Origin: Selaginella moellendorffii | Lineage: Eukaryota > Plantae > Lycopodiophyta | Assembly: GCF_000143415.4 (NCBI RefSeq) | Contig: NW_003314326.1 | Coordinates: forward strand, 755,609 to 819,608 | Length of the DNA: 64,000 nucleotides | Direction of reading: 5' to 3' | In this document: positions 59,342 to 64,000 of the stretch, piece by piece | Numbering within the stretch: the first letter of the stretch is position 1 | Layout: every line of letters starts with the position of its first letter | The notes under the pieces: generated by a model | What the model was told of the DNA's origin: nothing | The model's database searches: none | What the model saw: the letters and a program-made list of their open reading frames with translations, nothing else | Position numbers and translations under genes: made by a program

Positions 59342-60312
59342 TGAGGTGTTGTAGACTAAAGGATCCCCGAAAGCATGACTAAAATGATAAAGAGTTCATC
59401 GGATGAGACCAAATTCAAGATCGAGTGCAAGATTGACTCTAAGACTGAATTCGAGACTGAGTCTTAGACCGTGTTCGAATACTAATACAGGTTGTGGGGT
59501 GAAAGCCCAAAGCGTGTGTTTTTTAGAGGGGGGGGGGCAACTGTATGGGGTTCTAAAAGTATAGTAGGGATAGTGAGGTCTAGGAATTAGTCTTGAAGGA
59601 ATTCTTTAGTGGTGCTTTCAAACTGACTTGAGGTTAAAATAGGGGATTAGGGGCTTTGGGTGGGAGTGAGCATAAACTTAGGTGGTGCCGGAGGGGCCAC
59701 CCAAGGAAGTGTTCAAGAGCATCTCCCACTCCCAGAAAGAAAATTGATTATAGTGCTCCCGACTCATGCCCCATCTAATTACTATAAGCAACCAAAGAGA
59801 ACGACTTGAAAGACGGTCCATGGGGTTTAAATATAAAGGGAAAAGGCCCATGAATAACACTGCACCTCGTTTTCCAATCGGTTAAGGGTCTTGGGATACT
59901 TGGGGTTAAGCATCCTTGGGTTTGAATAGTATTGGGCTGGGTGATCTCCTAGAAAGTCCAAACTCAGGAACTTACAATTACTTTGGGTTTTATAATTAAG
60001 TCTTGTTGTACCAAGGGATGTTAGGAACCTTGAGGTTGATGTGCTTGGTTGCTTATGCTTACAAAGAATGTAGCCGAACCTTAAGTCCAATCTAACCTGA
60101 GGAGGGGTATTGGAAGAGAATTTGGGAATCTATGGATAAATGGCTAATGTTTTTTTGCTTGTGCAATAAGTTGCTAAAACCAAGTAAGACCAAGTAGGAG
60201 CTGGTACAATAGGTAGGAACTTTGGCGAAGGAACTTAACTAAGGCCAAGGCTATAATAGTCGAATAGACGAGGTAAGTTAGCAAATGGGAGAGGAAAAAT
60301 TTATGGTTTATA
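59342..60312 (+). mobile_element. Truncated family A LTR with unrelated internal replacement (~59770-59985)
   Basis: Colinear with 9472-10576 except for the missing 5' tip and the replaced middle segment. Confidence 0.8.
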
Positions 60313-61310
60313 TGACTATTGACTTCATCAATAATATCTTAATACACTTGGCGGGGATGTAAGAGAAACATGTCTGTGATGTTTGTAAAGTGTTAGATTA
60401 ACTATAGGAAATTGGTTTAAAGTTCAAGCGCTAGGCTGCTAAAAGTCAAAAAATAACTTAACTAAGTTTTGCATAATGTTTCAAATCAACTAGCTGAACC
60501 ACAACACATGTGGACAAACCTTATGAAACTTAAAGGGTTGATGCCATTCCACAACTTATTAGTGTCAAACATTTTCACAAAATATTTAATATTTTTTATG
60601 TAAAGCATGATCCAAAAGGTTGCACAATTTTTTATCAAACATTCCAAATGTGACAAGATTGTTACCTCCTATGAAAGGTGCTCCTTGACTAGTTTCTCAC
60701 CATTAAGTGCCAGCTTTCAGTACAACTCCACTTTTTCCTTAACTTCCCCTGAAATCCTATGTGATCAACAGATGCAAAAGCTTCCACCAAGTCTGCATCA
60801 AAATAGGTGCCATATGCGCCTGGCTTTGCAGCCTCCATAAACAGTGATCAACTTTGCTCGGCGGGATAAAAGAAAGATAGAGGTCCTTCAATTCAGAAAC
60901 CATGACCATCCAATACCCCTTCACTTCTACATTAAGCTTAGTGATTCTCATTTATAACCATGCCATTGTACAAATCCTAAGTGTCAAGCTCTTCCACTTC
61001 CAGCATTGCTTCTTTGTCCTCATCATCAATATTCAAATCTGCTGGTGTATCTTCCTCATACCCCTGATTGGTGAGTGCTTTACAAAGTGACACTGGTAGT
61101 CACAACAAGCAACCCACGTGCATACTTTGGGTTTGTCTTCCAAAAGCTCTTTAACATACTATCCAGCAATGGTTCATAAGTTTTTTTTGGTGCATGACAA
61201 CTCATTAAATTTCAAACCATACATTGCAGTCCAGAGTACGCATATAGTTATAGTTAATTGTATCCGTCATGAAGACATCCCTGAACTCGATGCTTGTTCT
61301 CAACCAGCTC

Positions 61311-63255
61311 TCATATCTTGTAGTAGCGAATGTCCATATGCTTGCTCCTGGCATGGTAACGATCTTCCTTGGTCAGAGCCAGTGCACTCTGATTATCTAA
61401 ATAGAGGAGGAGTGGACCATCCCCCTCACACAGCAGATCCTTGGATAGGTGTTGCAACCAAAGGGCTTCTTTAGCAGCCTCAACTATAGTGATGAATTCA
61501 GCCTCTGAGGAAGACATGGCCACAATTGATTGCCTACGACTAGACCAACTAACTGAAGCACCAATGAATGCATAGCCAGTAGTGGATTGTCGGGTGTCCA
61601 AATCACCACCATAATCTGCATTGCAAAAGCCAAGCACTGTAGAATTTGCAGAAGCCTTGTACCTTAGAGCAAAGTCATGTGTGCCTTGAAGATAGCATAA
61701 GATGCGCTTCATCCAGTGCTTGGGGCCAGGATTTTCTAAAAAAGTTGAGACAACGCCCACAACATGAGCTATATCAGGCCTTGTAGCAACGGCCAAATAA
61801 ACCAGGCTCCCGATAGCTTGCTGATAAGGCACACCACTCATTGCTTCACGATCACTTGTGGATGATGGAGAGGAAACAACAAAGAGCTTGGTGCCTAGCT
61901 CAATAGGTGTTGGCACATATTTGCAATCAGTCAGATTGAACTGGCTGAGCACTTCTCTCACATAGTGTGCATGTGAAAGTGAAATTGTGCTTACTTGACG
62001 ATCACAAAATACTTGAATACTGAGGTAGAAGTGAACTTCACCCAAATCAATCATCTCAAACTCAGCAAAGAGCTTGGACTTGAGAGTGAGCAGCATAGCT
62101 AGAGCATTAGCAGCCATTATGCAATTGTCAACATAAAGTGCGACAATCACAAACAGCTTGGCCACTAAATAGGGGTGCACATTTCCATCAGCAGCACCTT
62201 TCGTGTAGCCAAGGGAGCAGAAGAAAGTATCAATCCGCTTATACCAAGCTTAAAGACTCTGTTTTAAGCCATAGAGGGTACACTTTAGTTTGCAAACTTG
62301 ATGTTCCGTACCTAGCTCCACAAAGCCAATGTAGATGTCCTCCTCAAGTTTGTTGTTCAAAAAGGCTGTTTGCACATCCATTTGCTGAAGTTTGAGGTTC
62401 CAAGCAGCTATAAGCGTCATGATCATGCAAATAAAAGCTAGCTTCATAACTAAAGAGTAAGTCTCTATGAAATCCAATCTAGCCACCTGAGTGAAACCTT
62501 GTGCCACTTAACATGCCTTGAATTTCTTCATGCTCAAATATTAATTGTAAAAAACTGAGAACACACAATAGGTGTCAATCAAATGACCATCAGTTGGCAG
62601 CTCTGTTTGATAAAGGTGCCCTTCTTCTCATGAGATTGCATCTTACTTTGCATAGCAAATAGCCACTTGTCTACATAAGGGCCAAAAAGTGCTTGCCATG
62701 CATTATGAAGAATTGAAATTGGTTCAACTACAATAGTGTGAGCAACAAAGCTTGGTTTTATGTCACCTTCAATTAAAGAAGTCAAAAGACTCCAAAGCTT
62801 CTAAAGCATGTTGCATTAGACAAAACACCCAATTAAAACACCACAAGGTTAAATGTGGTACCTCATTAGAAAGAGCTCCCACTGAAGCTACAATGACTCC
62901 CACTAAAATTGAACCAAGGGTCAATGGTTGAGCACTCTAAAACTCTTCATTGCCTTCAAATAATAAAGCCAAGTCAAAGTTGATCCTATGATGTTGCAAG
63001 AAAAAGGGGCAGAATTGCAATAGGTGCAACCAGTGAAATAAGAGATGTAATTTTAACAATTAAATCTTCAAAGGTGGAGATGTTTCAAGTGCAAGTGTAC
63101 AGTCACAATAGAAATTAGTCTCATCAAAGATAATGTTTCTCCTCTTGTACAATTTTTTCTTCTCCAAAGAATAAAGTCAATATCCTTTAGAGAAATCACT
63201 ATAACCTAAGAAAATCATTTTTCTATCTTGCAAGTGAGCTTGTTTGGTCACTTCT
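61311..63255 (-). pseudogene. Ty1/Copia pol remnant (post-integrase region, RT, RNase H)
   Basis: KMIFLGYS, LVAQGFTQ, QMDVQTAFLN, LYGLKQS, LYVDNCI, ATRPDIAH, FCNADYGGDLDTRQSTTGY, SSSEAEF, DNQSAL, RSKHMDIRY; several stops. Confidence 0.92.
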
Positions 63256-63269
63256 CTTTTGGGTTAAAT

Positions 63270-63770
63270 CCGATTAGGGTTTGATCCCAGCAAGAATGTG
63301 TTCGTGGAGCCTGCGGAGAGTATTCAGCAGCTGTTCACATATTTCGAGCGCCTGGAGAGAGTCTTGAACCAGCAGCAACGCCGGGAGAGGCCTGTGAGGC
63401 TGTTGCTCATAGATTCTGTAGCAGCATCGTTTCGGTCCGAGCTTGACAACAACAGGACGGAAATGGTGATTAGGTCTAGAAGCCTGTTCCAGTTATCTGC
63501 GAAGCTGAAGAAGCTTATGACGTCGCGGTTTTGGTAACCAATCAGGTCATGGACTGCGTGGATGGTTCGAAAGGAATTCAGATCGGTAATCTCTTGGAGC
63601 TTGTATCGTCTGGGCGAAGAATAGCTCCTGCTCTGGGGCTTTCGTGGGCTCACTGCATAAACACTCGGCTTTTCCTGTCAAGGAGAGATGAGCCCTCATC
63701 CGAGAAGTTGATCGAAGCCCCGGTCAAGCGTCAGAAAGTAGTAAATGACGAAGGCATGAAACAAGCTACG
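63270..63770 (+). pseudogene. XRCC3: XRCC3 (RAD51 paralog) C-terminal fragment with frameshift
   Basis: RLLLIDSVAASFRSE (Walker B), then after a frameshift near 63513 AVLVTNQVMD...SSGRRIAPALGLSWAHCINTRLFLSR; N-terminal Walker A part absent where the Copia remnant abuts. Confidence 0.8.
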
Positions 63771-64000
63771 GCCTCCATCAACGAATTCCAACCGCAGTGT
63801 GTGAGAAATGCCGCAACAGAGTCATGTTGAAGCTCCTTCATTTGAGGGGCCCATGAGACAATCTTTCCACGGTCGCTCTGCTTCAACAATTTGAGGATTT
63901 CATCACTCTTATCATCTGTTTCAACCAGATTAGGCCGGAATGGGAACCGTGGCTTTGTGCCAGATTGGAAATCTTGCGCCGCTAGCTCACTCATACTGGA
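63765..64000 (-). pseudogene. UDP-glycosyltransferase fragment (first half of PSPG box)
   Basis: [35 protein letters not shown], then similarity ends abruptly (no P...DQ). Confidence 0.8.

Noticed and set aside
60400-61300. Possible DNA-transposase or gene remnant between the LTR and Copia
   Set aside because: Only short broken ORFs with no motif I can identify; left unannotated.

Overview
Land-plant nuclear DNA. The very short (~50-70 nt) introns, dense gene packing and gene content suggest a lycophyte such as Selaginella (inference). A compact genic island (~18.8-52.0 kb) lies between two retroelement-rich blocks. Left block (1-17.4 kb): nested LTRs of two related families (called A and B here), a complete but decayed chromodomain-bearing Ty3/Gypsy element (9453-17427, TSD CCAAC), other Gypsy debris, a long-TIR element and an intact AT-rich S-protein-homologue (SPH) gene. 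Genic island: FIP37/WTAP, an F-box/kelch gene, an AIG1/IAN GTPase, an F-box remnant, a Uma2-like/Crinkler-type PD-(D/E)XK nuclease-fold gene, U2 snRNA, RhoGDI, a DEK-C/SWIB gene, KXD1, FKBP17-1, a plant-conserved unknown protein, AIR carboxylase, a candidate pre-miRNA hairpin, ZHOUPI-type bHLH, HINT, TruA-type PUS, PIG-U and a neprosin-family gene. Right block (52.5-64 kb): nested solo LTRs with TSDs inside a decayed Gypsy element, a Copia pol remnant, and adjacent XRCC3 and UGT gene fragments. Most interesting: (1) a 47-nt GT-AG intron-like insertion in the chromovirus integrase, just before the catalytic glutamate; (2) the effector-like nuclease gene next to an immune GTPase; (3) the unrecognised miRNA-like hairpin. 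All homology calls are motif recognition by eye; no searches were run.
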